In this document: piece by piece, positions 7,872 to 16,343 of the stretch
Layout of the letters: every line of letters begins with the position of its first letter
Position numbering within the stretch: position 1 is the first letter of the stretch
Assembly (NCBI GenBank): GCA_030670795.1
Contig: DAOVAY010000001.1
Location: forward strand, 1 to 46,715
Direction of reading: 5' to 3'
Length of the DNA: 46,715 bases
Source: Methanobacteriota archaeon
GTDB lineage: Archaea > Thermoplasmatota > Thermoplasmata > SG8-5
Notes under the pieces: generated by a model
What the model was told of the DNA's origin: nothing
Seen by the model: only the letters and a program-made list of their open reading frames with translations
Databases searched by the model: none
Position numbers and translations under genes: made by a program

Positions 7872-8657
7872 ATGAAGATGATCACAATGGGAATAGACAT
7901 GGGAGCGAAGACCATAAAAGTCGTGATACTGAAAGACAACGAAATCATTGGAAAATCCATCGTGGTGGCAGGCTTTGAGGTGGAAAAAATGGCCAACGAG
8001 GCGATCGACAAGGCCCTGAGCGAAGCCGGCATTACGAGGGACGACATATCCAAAACAGTCTCGACTGGTGCTGGTGAGAAACAGGCCCCCTTCTACGACG
8101 AGACTAAATCCGTGGTGGGCTGTGATTCGCTCGGAGCGGCATTTCTTCATCCGCCTGTCAGATGCGTCATAGATGTCGGCGCGGAAGAGGGCAGGGGAAT
8201 GAGATGTGACGAGACCGGTAAGATACTGGACTTTGAGGTCAATGAGAAATGCGCGGCCGGTGCAGGAGCTTTCACAGAGGCAATGTCCCGAGCATTGGAA
8301 GTGCCACTTGAAGAGCTGGGCGCCCTGTCTTTGAAGGCGACGGAGGACGTCCCGATGAACGCTCAGTGCACTGTATTTGCGGAATCTGAGGTCGTGACGA
8401 TGGTACACAACAACGTTCCGAAGGAAAACATGGCAAAAGCAGTTCACGACGCAATGGCCAGCAGGATAACTTCGATGGTCAGGAAGATAGGCTTCAAGAA
8501 AGATGTGGTCCTCATAGGCGGTGTGGCAAAGAACGTCGGTTTTGTGAGCTCTCTCAATGCTGACCTTGAACTTGAAGTCGTTGTACCAGAAGAGCCGGAG
8601 TTCGTCGGAGCCCTGGGCGCGGCATTGGCCGCGGCCGGCTGGAAAGGAGGTGCATGA
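7872..8657 (+). CDS. BcrA/BcrD/HgdC-family (BadF/BadG) ATPase subunit 1
   Basis: Acetate/sugar-kinase fold ATPase motifs (GIDMGAKTIKVV, DVGAEEG, EKCAAGAGAF with cluster-ligating Cys). ATG 7872 or 7878 follows GGAGG. Confidence 0.85.
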   Translation: MKMITMGIDMGAKTIKVVILKDNEIIGKSIVVAGFEVEKMANEAIDKALSEAGITRDDISKTVSTGAGEKQAPFYDETKSVVGCDSLGAAFLHPPVRCVIDVGAEEGRGMRCDETGKILDFEVNEKCAAGAGAFTEAMSRALEVPLEELGALSLKATEDVPMNAQCTVFAESEVVTMVHNNVPKENMAKAVHDAMASRITSMVRKIGFKKDVVLIGGVAKNVGFVSSLNADLELEVVVPEEPEFVGALGAALAAAGWKGGA

Positions 8658-8658
8658 C

Positions 8659-9525
8659 ATGACGGAAAAACAAGAGTTATGGAGATGGACAGAATCGAGA
8701 TGGACCAATCCAGATATAGATTGGAAGGGAAAATTGATCACCTCGGGTGTGGACGTGGGCTCGGTAAGTTCGCAGGCGGTCATATTGGCAGATGGCGAGC
8801 TCTATGCCTATTCCAACATGAGAACCGGTTCGAACAGCCCGGATTCGGCAATGAATGCAATAAACTGGGCAATGGAAGACACAGGTCTTACGCTGGACGA
8901 TATAGCTTATACTGTCGGCACGGGATACGGGCGGGTCAATGTGCCCTTCAGCCAACGCGCCATCACCGAGATCGCGTGCCATGCCAGAGGGGGCAACCAC
9001 ATGTACGGCCCAACTGTAAGGACAATCCTGGACATGGGCGGTCAGGACTGCAAGGCCATACACTGCGATGAAAAGGGCAAGGTGACTAACTTCCTCATGA
9101 ACGACAAATGCGCAGCTGGCACTGGTCGGGGCATGGAGGTTTTTGCAGACCTCCTTGGCGTGTCGATCAATGATATAGGGGAACTTTCTCTTGATATAGA
9201 CGAGGAGCCTCCACCGGTAAGCAGCACGTGTGTGGTCTATGCAAAGACAGAAGCCACCGGCCTTCTCAGGGAAGGTTGGCCGACGAACAAGGTACTGGCT
9301 GCTTACTGCTCGGCGATGGCCCACAGGATAATGACCCTCCTGGAGAGAATTGGCGTCGAGAAGGACTTTGCAATAACCGGCGGGATAGCCAAGAACAAGG
9401 GCGTTATTACCAGGCTGCAGAAAGAGGTAGGGACAACGATATTGGAGACTGAATACGATACTCAAATCGCCGGCGCCCTGGGTGCGGCCCTGTTTGCAAA
9501 AGCACTGAAAGAGAAGGGGAAGTAG
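8659..9525 (+). CDS. BcrA/BcrD/HgdC-family ATPase subunit 2 (distinct paralog)
   Basis: Motifs GVDVGSVSSQAVIL, DMGGQDCK, NDKCAAGTGRG. ATG 8659 is 1 nt after the previous stop and follows GGAAAGGAGG. The ORF track start 8557 overlaps the upstream gene. Confidence 0.85.
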   Translation: MTEKQELWRWTESRWTNPDIDWKGKLITSGVDVGSVSSQAVILADGELYAYSNMRTGSNSPDSAMNAINWAMEDTGLTLDDIAYTVGTGYGRVNVPFSQRAITEIACHARGGNHMYGPTVRTILDMGGQDCKAIHCDEKGKVTNFLMNDKCAAGTGRGMEVFADLLGVSINDIGELSLDIDEEPPPVSSTCVVYAKTEATGLLREGWPTNKVLAAYCSAMAHRIMTLLERIGVEKDFAITGGIAKNKGVITRLQKEVGTTILETEYDTQIAGALGAALFAKALKEKGK

Positions 9526-9537
9526 GGAGATGAAAAC

Positions 9538-9825
9538 ATGATAGCAAACTACGGATACAAGGACGGCTCCGGGGAATACTTCATAACGATCGACACCGAC
9601 AAGTGCAACGGTTGCAGAGACTGTGTGACTGCCTGTCCATATGGGGTGCTTGGCGTGGGGCCGGATGAGAACGACCCGCTGTCCGATGATGAAGTGGCTT
9701 TTGTCACCGAGGCGGAGAGAAAGAAGATAAAGTACACTTGCGCTCCCTGCAAACCGACGACCGACAGGCCCCAGCTCCCCTGTGTGGCAGCCTGCAAGCC
9801 AGGTGCAATATCACATTCCTGGTAA
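9538..9825 (+). CDS. Small [4Fe-4S] ferredoxin
   Basis: 95 aa with CNGCRDCVTACP and a second Cys cluster (CAPC...CVAACKPG). Confidence 0.8.
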   Translation: MIANYGYKDGSGEYFITIDTDKCNGCRDCVTACPYGVLGVGPDENDPLSDDEVAFVTEAERKKIKYTCAPCKPTTDRPQLPCVAACKPGAISHSW

Positions 9826-9868
9826 ACTTCAGATCACTCTTAATTTCCCGATTATCGAGAGGGATAGC

Positions 9869-12379
9869 ATGAGCATCACATTGAGAATCAACGGTGAAGT
9901 CATCAAGGCCGAAGAGGGTATGACGATACTGGAGGCAGCCCAGGCCAGCGAAATTTACATTCCGAGGCTGTGCTATCATCCGAGTCTCGGAAGCTCCCAC
10001 GGTCTTGAGCCCGTCGAGGCGGTGTACAGGGAGGACGGCGAGTTTCACAATGACGGTTCCGGGCCGGAGGACGGTTTTTCAGGCTGTCGTTTATGTCTCG
10101 TTGAGATAGACGGACGCGGCGGGCTTTTCACGTCCTGCGATACTGTCGTCAAAGAAGGCATGGTGGTCAACACAGAGACCGAGGCGGTAAAGGAGGAGCG
10201 GAGGGACAACCTCGCAGAGATACTGAGAGACCATCCCCACGCCTGTCTTCTTTGCGCCCAGCAGGAGGGCTGTTCAAGAACGCAATGCTCTACAAACGTG
10301 CCGGAGGACGAGCGCTGCTGTCCCCTGCTGGGGCACTGCGAGCTACAGAAAATATCACAGTATGTTGGTGTCAGGGAGGACCTTACAAAATACGTGTTCA
10401 AAGACCTTCCAAAACACGAGGACGAGGCGCTTTTCAACCGCGATTACAACCTGTGCGTCTCCTGCTTGAGATGTATCCGAGCATGCCGTGATTTGAGAGG
10501 GATAGAAACTCTGGGCTTCGTCTACCGGAACGGCAAGGCCATCGTTGGCCCCACCAAGAGTACGGATTTAGCCGGTTCGGACTGCCGGTTTTGCGGTGCC
10601 TGCGCCGAGGTGTGCCCCACAGGAGCGATAACAGACAAGGATTTGCCCAGAGGAGAGAGGGAGGATGTACTGGTCCCGTGCATTGCGAATTGTCCGGCAG
10701 GCATAGACATACCGAGATATATCTGGCACGTCAGTGAGGGCAGGTATTCAGAGGCTACGGCGGTGATAAAAGAGAAGATACCGTTCCCCAGGATCCTGGG
10801 ATGGGTGTGCTTCCATCCATGTGAGGACGCTTGCCGCAGAGGAGAACTCAACAAACCAATGGCCATATGCGCCCTGAAACGGTTTGCCGCAGAGCATGTC
10901 AACGACACATGGAAGCCGGATGTAAATGAACCTACCGGAAAAACAGTGGCGGTGATAGGAAGCGGCCCTGCAGGACTATCTGCGGCATACTATCTGGCCT
11001 TATCGGGGCACGGCGTGACTGTTTTCGAGGAAGGGGACAAAATAGGCGGCATGTTGAGATACGCCATTCCTGATTACCGCTTGCCCCCGGACGTACTCGA
11101 CGAGGAGCTGAAAGTTCTGGACGAGCTCAATGTGGAATTAAGAACAAACACCAGGATCGGAGAAGGCATTACGATACCCGACCTGAGGCAAGACTTCCAG
11201 GCGGTGTTTATCGGCACTGGTGCCACCCAAAGCAAGAAGATACCGGTAGACGGCTCCGAACTGGACGGTGTCGAATGGGGCCTTGATTTCCTGAGGCATG
11301 TGAAAAAGAAGGAAGTGACTTCAATTACTGGACGAGTGACTGTCATCGGCGGTGGTAATGTCGCCATAGATGTCGCGAGAACTGCTGTGCGATTGGGTGC
11401 CAGCGAGGTCCAGCTTGCCTGTCTGGAGAGTGATGAAGAGATGCCGGCTCACGATTGGGAGATAGAGGAGGCCGGTGAAGAAGGGGTAATTATGAACCCC
11501 TCCTGGGGCCCGAAGAGAATCCTCGGCGATGACAAAGTAACGGGAATCGAGCTGGTCAAATGTACCTCAGTGTTCGACAGCCGGGGCAACTTCGCTCCCG
11601 AATTTGACGATACTACGACCACGACCAAAGAAACAGAGAATGTGATTCTGGCAATAGGTCAAAGCTCGGACCTTTCCTTCGTTACCGACATAGACACAAA
11701 AAAAGGTACGATACCCACAAATGAGGAGATGCAGACCAACACTGCCGGCGTCTTTGCCGGCGGCGAAGTTGCGAGGGGACCATCATCTGTCGTGGAGGCA
11801 GTGGCGGACGGAATGTCCGCAGCTTCGGCGATAGATAAGTATCTGGGCGGCACCGGAGAAATCCATGAATCATTCATGGAACAGGATGAGCCGAGTCCGA
11901 GAATCGGCAAGGCAGAGGGCTTTGCCGAAATGAGCCGGGCAGAGGTTCCGAAAAGACCGGCCGGGGAACGGAAAAAATCCTTTGATGCTGTAGAACTCGG
12001 CTATGATGACAGCCAGGCCAGGCAGGAGGCGGGACGCTGTTTGAGATGCGACCTGCGCCTCATGATACTGCCTGTGACCCTTCCGCCGGACAAGTGGCTG
12101 GAGCTCAACGAGGAAAATGTAGCAGAGGTCCCCGAAATCGAAGGGGTGTTCCAGCTGTTGGATGAGGACAAAAACTTAATAGTCATCAAGGGCACGATGG
12201 ACATAAAATCTGACCTGATGGAAAAATTGGGTTCGCAGACGAAGGCAAGGTATTTCGGGTTCGAGCCGGACCCGATGTATTCGAAGCGCGAAAGCGAGTT
12301 GATCCAGCAATACGTCCAACAGTTCGGGAAGATGCCGGAAGGTGACGGTGAGGAGGATGACCTTGATGATTTATTTTGA
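9869..12379 (+). CDS. Multidomain Fe-S flavoprotein: NuoG/HydA-type N-terminal 2Fe-2S plus 4Fe-4S domains fused to a GltD/NfnB-like NAD(P)H oxidoreductase, with a C-terminal extension
   Basis: MSITLRINGE...CRLCLVEIDG; HPHACLLCAQQEGC; CVSCLRCIRAC; CRFCGACAEVCP; VAVIGSGPAGLSAAYYL...GGMLRYAIPDYRLP. Start at ATG 9869 (ORF track start 9782 overlaps the ferredoxin). Ends with DDLDDLF. Confidence 0.85.
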   Translation: MSITLRINGEVIKAEEGMTILEAAQASEIYIPRLCYHPSLGSSHGLEPVEAVYREDGEFHNDGSGPEDGFSGCRLCLVEIDGRGGLFTSCDTVVKEGMVVNTETEAVKEERRDNLAEILRDHPHACLLCAQQEGCSRTQCSTNVPEDERCCPLLGHCELQKISQYVGVREDLTKYVFKDLPKHEDEALFNRDYNLCVSCLRCIRACRDLRGIETLGFVYRNGKAIVGPTKSTDLAGSDCRFCGACAEVCPTGAITDKDLPRGEREDVLVPCIANCPAGIDIPRYIWHVSEGRYSEATAVIKEKIPFPRILGWVCFHPCEDACRRGELNKPMAICALKRFAAEHVNDTWKPDVNEPTGKTVAVIGSGPAGLSAAYYLALSGHGVTVFEEGDKIGGMLRYAIPDYRLPPDVLDEELKVLDELNVELRTNTRIGEGITIPDLRQDFQAVFIGTGATQSKKIPVDGSELDGVEWGLDFLRHVKKKEVTSITGRVTVIGGGNVAIDVARTAVRLGASEVQLACLESDEEMPAHDWEIEEAGEEGVIMNPSWGPKRILGDDKVTGIELVKCTSVFDSRGNFAPEFDDTTTTTKETENVILAIGQSSDLSFVTDIDTKKGTIPTNEEMQTNTAGVFAGGEVARGPSSVVEAVADGMSAASAIDKYLGGTGEIHESFMEQDEPSPRIGKAEGFAEMSRAEVPKRPAGERKKSFDAVELGYDDSQARQEAGRCLRCDLRLMILPVTLPPDKWLELNEENVAEVPEIEGVFQLLDEDKNLIVIKGTMDIKSDLMEKLGSQTKARYFGFEPDPMYSKRESELIQQYVQQFGKMPEGDGEEDDLDDLF

Positions 12380-12405
12380 TATTAGAGATTTAGGGAGGAA
12401 CAGAA

Positions 12406-12861
12406 ATGAAAATTGACAAAGAAAAATTGATGGTTCGCGTCATGAAAGAAGGTGACATCCAGGCGATAATAAACATAGATGCCAAGGTGACGGGGATCAA
12501 GAGAGCGGAGTATTATGAAAGAAAGGTAGCATCGATGCTGGACAACAAGGGTAGCATTGCAACTTCACTGGTTGCAGATAACGACGGGCTCGTTATAGGC
12601 TTCATAATGGGCAACATTTACACAGGCGAGTTCGGCATTCCCCAGACCACGGCATCACTCGACACCATCGGAATAGACCCGGATTATGCAAATCAGGGCA
12701 CAGGCGCACTTCTGCTCGAGGAGTTCATCAGACACGTCAAGGTGGCAGGGGTTAAGGACATCCAGACCCTCGTGGACTGGGACAATATCCGGTTGCTGAG
12801 GTTCTTCAACAAGAACGGATTCATACCTTCAAGGACTCTTAACCTTGAGAAGAGGATATGA
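12406..12861 (+). CDS. GNAT-family N-acetyltransferase (paralog 2)
   Basis: 151 aa with a GNAT core (VIGFIMG...IGIDPDYANQGTGALLL). Its C-terminus resembles that of 4905-5354. Confidence 0.8.
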   Translation: MKIDKEKLMVRVMKEGDIQAIINIDAKVTGIKRAEYYERKVASMLDNKGSIATSLVADNDGLVIGFIMGNIYTGEFGIPQTTASLDTIGIDPDYANQGTGALLLEEFIRHVKVAGVKDIQTLVDWDNIRLLRFFNKNGFIPSRTLNLEKRI

Positions 12862-13115
12862 TGGCCGAAGTCATTGATATTAAGAAAAACCCTTTGGAGA
12901 AGGAGGGTTGGCAACGGCGCTCCATACTCGACGAGCCGCGTTTGAGCGAGGTCGTGGAGATGTACGAGAGCATGGGACTGGATGTTATTGTGGTCGACTT
13001 CGAGCCGGAACTGGCGGAAGGGTGCAAGACCTGCCTGGCCTGTCAAACCGGAAAGTTCAAGGTCGTTTATACTAGACCCAAGAACGGTGACGGAGGTTCG
13101 GATGACCTCTTCTAA
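12858..13115 (+). CDS. 85-aa conserved-looking hypothetical protein with a C-x2-C-x2-C motif and a C-terminal SDDLF
   Basis: Its ATG overlaps the GNAT stop (ATGA at 12858-12861). Sequence GWQRRSILDEPRLSEVVEMYESMGLDV...CKTCLACQ. Family not recognised. Confidence 0.55.
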   Translation: MMAEVIDIKKNPLEKEGWQRRSILDEPRLSEVVEMYESMGLDVIVVDFEPELAEGCKTCLACQTGKFKVVYTRPKNGDGGSDDLF

Positions 13116-13755
13116 GTTGCTTGTTGAGCGATTGGCCGTAGGCCCGCTTTTCACGAACTGCTACATTGTATGGGATGAAGGCACAGGCCGCGGCGTGATA
13201 ATCGACCCAGGTGAAGAGGGAGAAAAGATATTGATGAAAGTCAGTGACATCGGAGTAAAGATAGATAACATCCTTGCCACACATTGCCATTTCGACCACA
13301 TAGCTGCAGTTGCTCAACTCAAGAGGGAGATCGATGCAAACTTCTTGGCTCACAAGAAGGATTTGTTCTTTGTCGAGGACGGCCAAGCCTCGGCCCGAAG
13401 ATGGGGTTTTGATATCGAGCAACCCCCGAATCCGGATAGATTTATCGAGGATGGGGAAAAGATAGCAGTTGGAAATCTTGCTTTGGATGTATTGCATACG
13501 CCAGGACATTCGCCGGGCGGCGTGAGCTTCCTGCACGAGGGCATGGTCTTTGCAGGAGATTGCCTGTTCCAACGCTCGATCGGAAGGACAGACTTTCGCA
13601 AAGGTTCTTTTGAAATATTAGAAAACACCATCAAGACTCGACTTTACACCCTGCCAGACGATACGATAGTTTATACAGGCCACGGCCCAGTCACCACAGT
13701 GGGCGAGGAGAAGATGCAGAACCCGTTCGTTAAACAGTCAGGGGGCGTAACTTGA
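13102..13755 (+). CDS. Metallo-beta-lactamase-fold hydrolase (glyoxalase II-like)
   Basis: THCHFDH motif, HTPGHSPG, downstream GH. Start at ATG 13102 after GGAGG (ORF track start 12982). Confidence 0.85.
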   Translation: MTSSKLLVERLAVGPLFTNCYIVWDEGTGRGVIIDPGEEGEKILMKVSDIGVKIDNILATHCHFDHIAAVAQLKREIDANFLAHKKDLFFVEDGQASARRWGFDIEQPPNPDRFIEDGEKIAVGNLALDVLHTPGHSPGGVSFLHEGMVFAGDCLFQRSIGRTDFRKGSFEILENTIKTRLYTLPDDTIVYTGHGPVTTVGEEKMQNPFVKQSGGVT

Positions 13756-14033
13756 TGAAGCTGGCAATAGAACTGACCAAGCCTTTCTCGGATGCTGTCG
13801 GCAAACGCGAGCTGGAAGTAGATTTCGATGGCAGAAGTGTCGAAGAATTACTTCAGCATATGACAGAAAAATACCCGAAACTGAGGAAAGAAATATACGG
13901 CGAAACAGGCGAGGTCACAGAGTATGTGATCGTATTTGTGAACGACAAGCCGATATCCGCCCTGGATGGAACGGATACTGGACTGAAGAATGGGGATAAG
14001 CTCTTATTCTTTTTTCCCATCAGTGGTGGATGA
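13755..14033 (+). CDS. MoaD/ThiS-family ubiquitin-like protein with C-terminal Gly-Gly
   Basis: ~92 aa ending ...FFFPISGG*. Its ATG overlaps the stop of the MBL gene (TGATG). It lies directly upstream of AOR. Confidence 0.75.
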   Translation: MKLAIELTKPFSDAVGKRELEVDFDGRSVEELLQHMTEKYPKLRKEIYGETGEVTEYVIVFVNDKPISALDGTDTGLKNGDKLLFFFPISGG

Positions 14034-14048
14034 GTAAAAAGTGATAAA

Positions 14049-15878
14049 ATGTTGAACAGAAAGCTCGGTATCATTGATCTATCCAAAAGAAAGGTTAAAA
14101 TTACGCAAACTCCAGACAATCTGAAAAAAGCCTTTTTAGGGGGACGGGGACTTAACATCCATTATCTTTATGATATGGTGAAGTCAGACATCGACCCGCT
14201 CGGACCTGAAAATGTCTTAATTTTCGGGACCGGCTTTTTGACAGGTACCTTGGTTCCGAATTCCAGCCGCTTCAACGTTTCAGCCAAATCACCGGAGACA
14301 GGCATACTCGGAGATGCGAACTGCGGCGGCTACTTCGCAGCAGAACTGCGGTATGCCGGCTTTGACAGACTCATTATCCTTGGCAAAGCGAAGGAACCGA
14401 GCTATCTGCATGTGACAGATGGCACGATCGAGATCAAAGGCGCGAAGGAATATTGGGGGTTAGACACCACAGATGTACAACTGGCCTTCAAGAAAGACCT
14501 CGGTCAAGTGGAGGCCGCGGTGTGCGGTGTGGCAGGCGAGAACCTCGTCAGGTTCGCATGCGTCAGGACTGGGGTGAAAAACGCTGCCGGCCGCTGCGGT
14601 CTCGGCGCGGTAATGGGCTCGAAAAATTTGAAGGCGGTTGTGACCAAGGGAACACAAGGTATCGAGATAGCTCATCCGGAGAAGATGTTCGAGGTTGTCG
14701 AGGAGCTCAAGGATTATTTGATGAGCTCTAAGATCACTCCGATACTCGGCAGTGTCGGAACTCCGCTTCTCTACGAGGTCAGCAATGCATTCGGCGCAAT
14801 AAGAACGAAGAACAGCCAGCTTAACGCCTGGTCAGATACATTGAACGCGGATGTCGTGGAGACCTTCGTGGACAAGATGATAGGATGCTCGTCCTGCTTC
14901 GTCCATTGCCGCCACAGGAACAAGCTCGGCGGCGAGGGCCCGGAGTATACTGCCCTCGGTCTTCTGGGTGCGAACCTCGGAATTGAGGACACGGCACATG
15001 TCATCGAGCTCAACAACATATGCAATGAGCTCGGTCTGGACATATCCTCCTCTGGTACGATTCTCGCGTGGGTGTTTGAGCTGTACGAGCGTGGGATTAT
15101 CGATAAGAAGATGGCCGGCGAGAAACTCCGCTTCGGCGATTTCGAGTTGGCAAAGAGCCTCCTCTATAAAATATCGCGAAGAGAGGGTTTCGGAGACATA
15201 CTGGCGGAGAGCACGAGGAACGTCGAGCGATTTGGTGAAAAATCAAAGGATTACCTCATCGCGGTCAAGGGCTTGCCGCAGAGCGACCCGCACGATGTCA
15301 GATACATGAAAGCGTTCGCGTTGGGAATAGCCACCGCCTCGAGAGGCGCAGATCACCTCCGAAGTAGGCCGACGCTCGAAATATTCTTCAACCTTCCAAA
15401 AGAGGTCAGGGAGCGGATTTACGGCAAGGGCGTGACAAATGACCCGACATCCTATATCGCAAAGGAGAAGCCCGTATATTTCTCTGACAACATCTTCGCT
15501 GCCATCGACTGTCTGGGCATATGCAAGTTCATTTGTCATGGTTTCAACAGCCCGCATTACGTGGACTATGCCTGGATGAAGAAGCTCATTCATTGCACAT
15601 CCGGCTGGCAGTTCAAAGAGAAGGAGATCGAAGCTGTCGGGAAGAGGGTTATCGACATCGAGAGAATGTTTAACACCAGAGAAGGAATCACGCGAAAGGA
15701 CGACACACTGCCAAAACGATACTTCGACGACCCGATGCCCTTGAAGATAGCAAAAGGACATCATATCGACAGGAAAGAATTCGACAAACTCCTCACAAGA
15801 TACTATAAAATTAGGGGTTGGGACAAAGACGGCCAGGTCAAAAAGGAGCGCGTCAGGGAGCTGGAGGCACTGCAATGA
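14049..15878 (+). CDS. Tungsten/molybdopterin aldehyde:ferredoxin oxidoreductase (AOR family)
   Basis: 609 aa. AOR N-terminal domain (GGRGLNIHYLYD...), 4Fe-4S Cys motif region (CSSCFVHC) and conserved C-terminal domains. Confidence 0.9.
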   Translation: MLNRKLGIIDLSKRKVKITQTPDNLKKAFLGGRGLNIHYLYDMVKSDIDPLGPENVLIFGTGFLTGTLVPNSSRFNVSAKSPETGILGDANCGGYFAAELRYAGFDRLIILGKAKEPSYLHVTDGTIEIKGAKEYWGLDTTDVQLAFKKDLGQVEAAVCGVAGENLVRFACVRTGVKNAAGRCGLGAVMGSKNLKAVVTKGTQGIEIAHPEKMFEVVEELKDYLMSSKITPILGSVGTPLLYEVSNAFGAIRTKNSQLNAWSDTLNADVVETFVDKMIGCSSCFVHCRHRNKLGGEGPEYTALGLLGANLGIEDTAHVIELNNICNELGLDISSSGTILAWVFELYERGIIDKKMAGEKLRFGDFELAKSLLYKISRREGFGDILAESTRNVERFGEKSKDYLIAVKGLPQSDPHDVRYMKAFALGIATASRGADHLRSRPTLEIFFNLPKEVRERIYGKGVTNDPTSYIAKEKPVYFSDNIFAAIDCLGICKFICHGFNSPHYVDYAWMKKLIHCTSGWQFKEKEIEAVGKRVIDIERMFNTREGITRKDDTLPKRYFDDPMPLKIAKGHHIDRKEFDKLLTRYYKIRGWDKDGQVKKERVRELEALQ

Positions 15879-16333
15879 AGTATCTGTACGTTTACCCTGA
15901 GAAATGTACCGGATGCAGGGAGTGCTCTCTCGCCTGTTCGCTCACCAAATTCGGTGAGTGCAATCCGAAGAAGGCGGCCATTACCGTTATCAGGGACGAG
16001 TTCAACAAATACGAGTTTCCCATTGTGTGCTATCAATGTGAGGACCCGGTATGCTTGAAATACTGCCATCAAAACGCTTACAGCATAGAGGACGGGGTTG
16101 TCATCAGGGACGAGGACAAGTGCATTGGTTGCAGGTTGTGCGCCGTACTCTGCCCGTATAATGCGATAACAGCCATCGACGGCGAGATAATCAAGTGCGA
16201 CCTGTGCGGCGGGGACCCGATGTGCGTTAAATTCTGTACTACCGGCGCAATTGAATACCTGGACGAGACCGAGGAGCTGGAAAAACGGCGGAAGGAAATG
16301 GCGGAAAAGTTCCTGGAGATATCCGGAAAATAA
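15875..16333 (+). CDS. 4Fe-4S multi-cluster electron-transfer protein (AOR partner, AorA/HybA-like)
   Basis: MKYLYVYPEKCTGCRECSLACS..., CYQCEDPVC, CIGCRLCAVLCP, CDLCGG..MCVKFC. Its ATG overlaps the AOR stop (ATGA). Confidence 0.85.
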   Translation: MKYLYVYPEKCTGCRECSLACSLTKFGECNPKKAAITVIRDEFNKYEFPIVCYQCEDPVCLKYCHQNAYSIEDGVVIRDEDKCIGCRLCAVLCPYNAITAIDGEIIKCDLCGGDPMCVKFCTTGAIEYLDETEELEKRRKEMAEKFLEISGK

Positions 16334-16343
16334 GACTTACCGA

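Noticed and set aside
7839-8783. A 314-aa - strand ORF, plus similar antisense ORFs at 8677-9465, 29305-30006 and 30547-31338.
   Set aside because: Each overlaps a strongly supported ATPase or OFOR gene on the other strand. Their compositions (Arg/His/Cys-rich) are typical of antisense frames in GC-moderate coding DNA.
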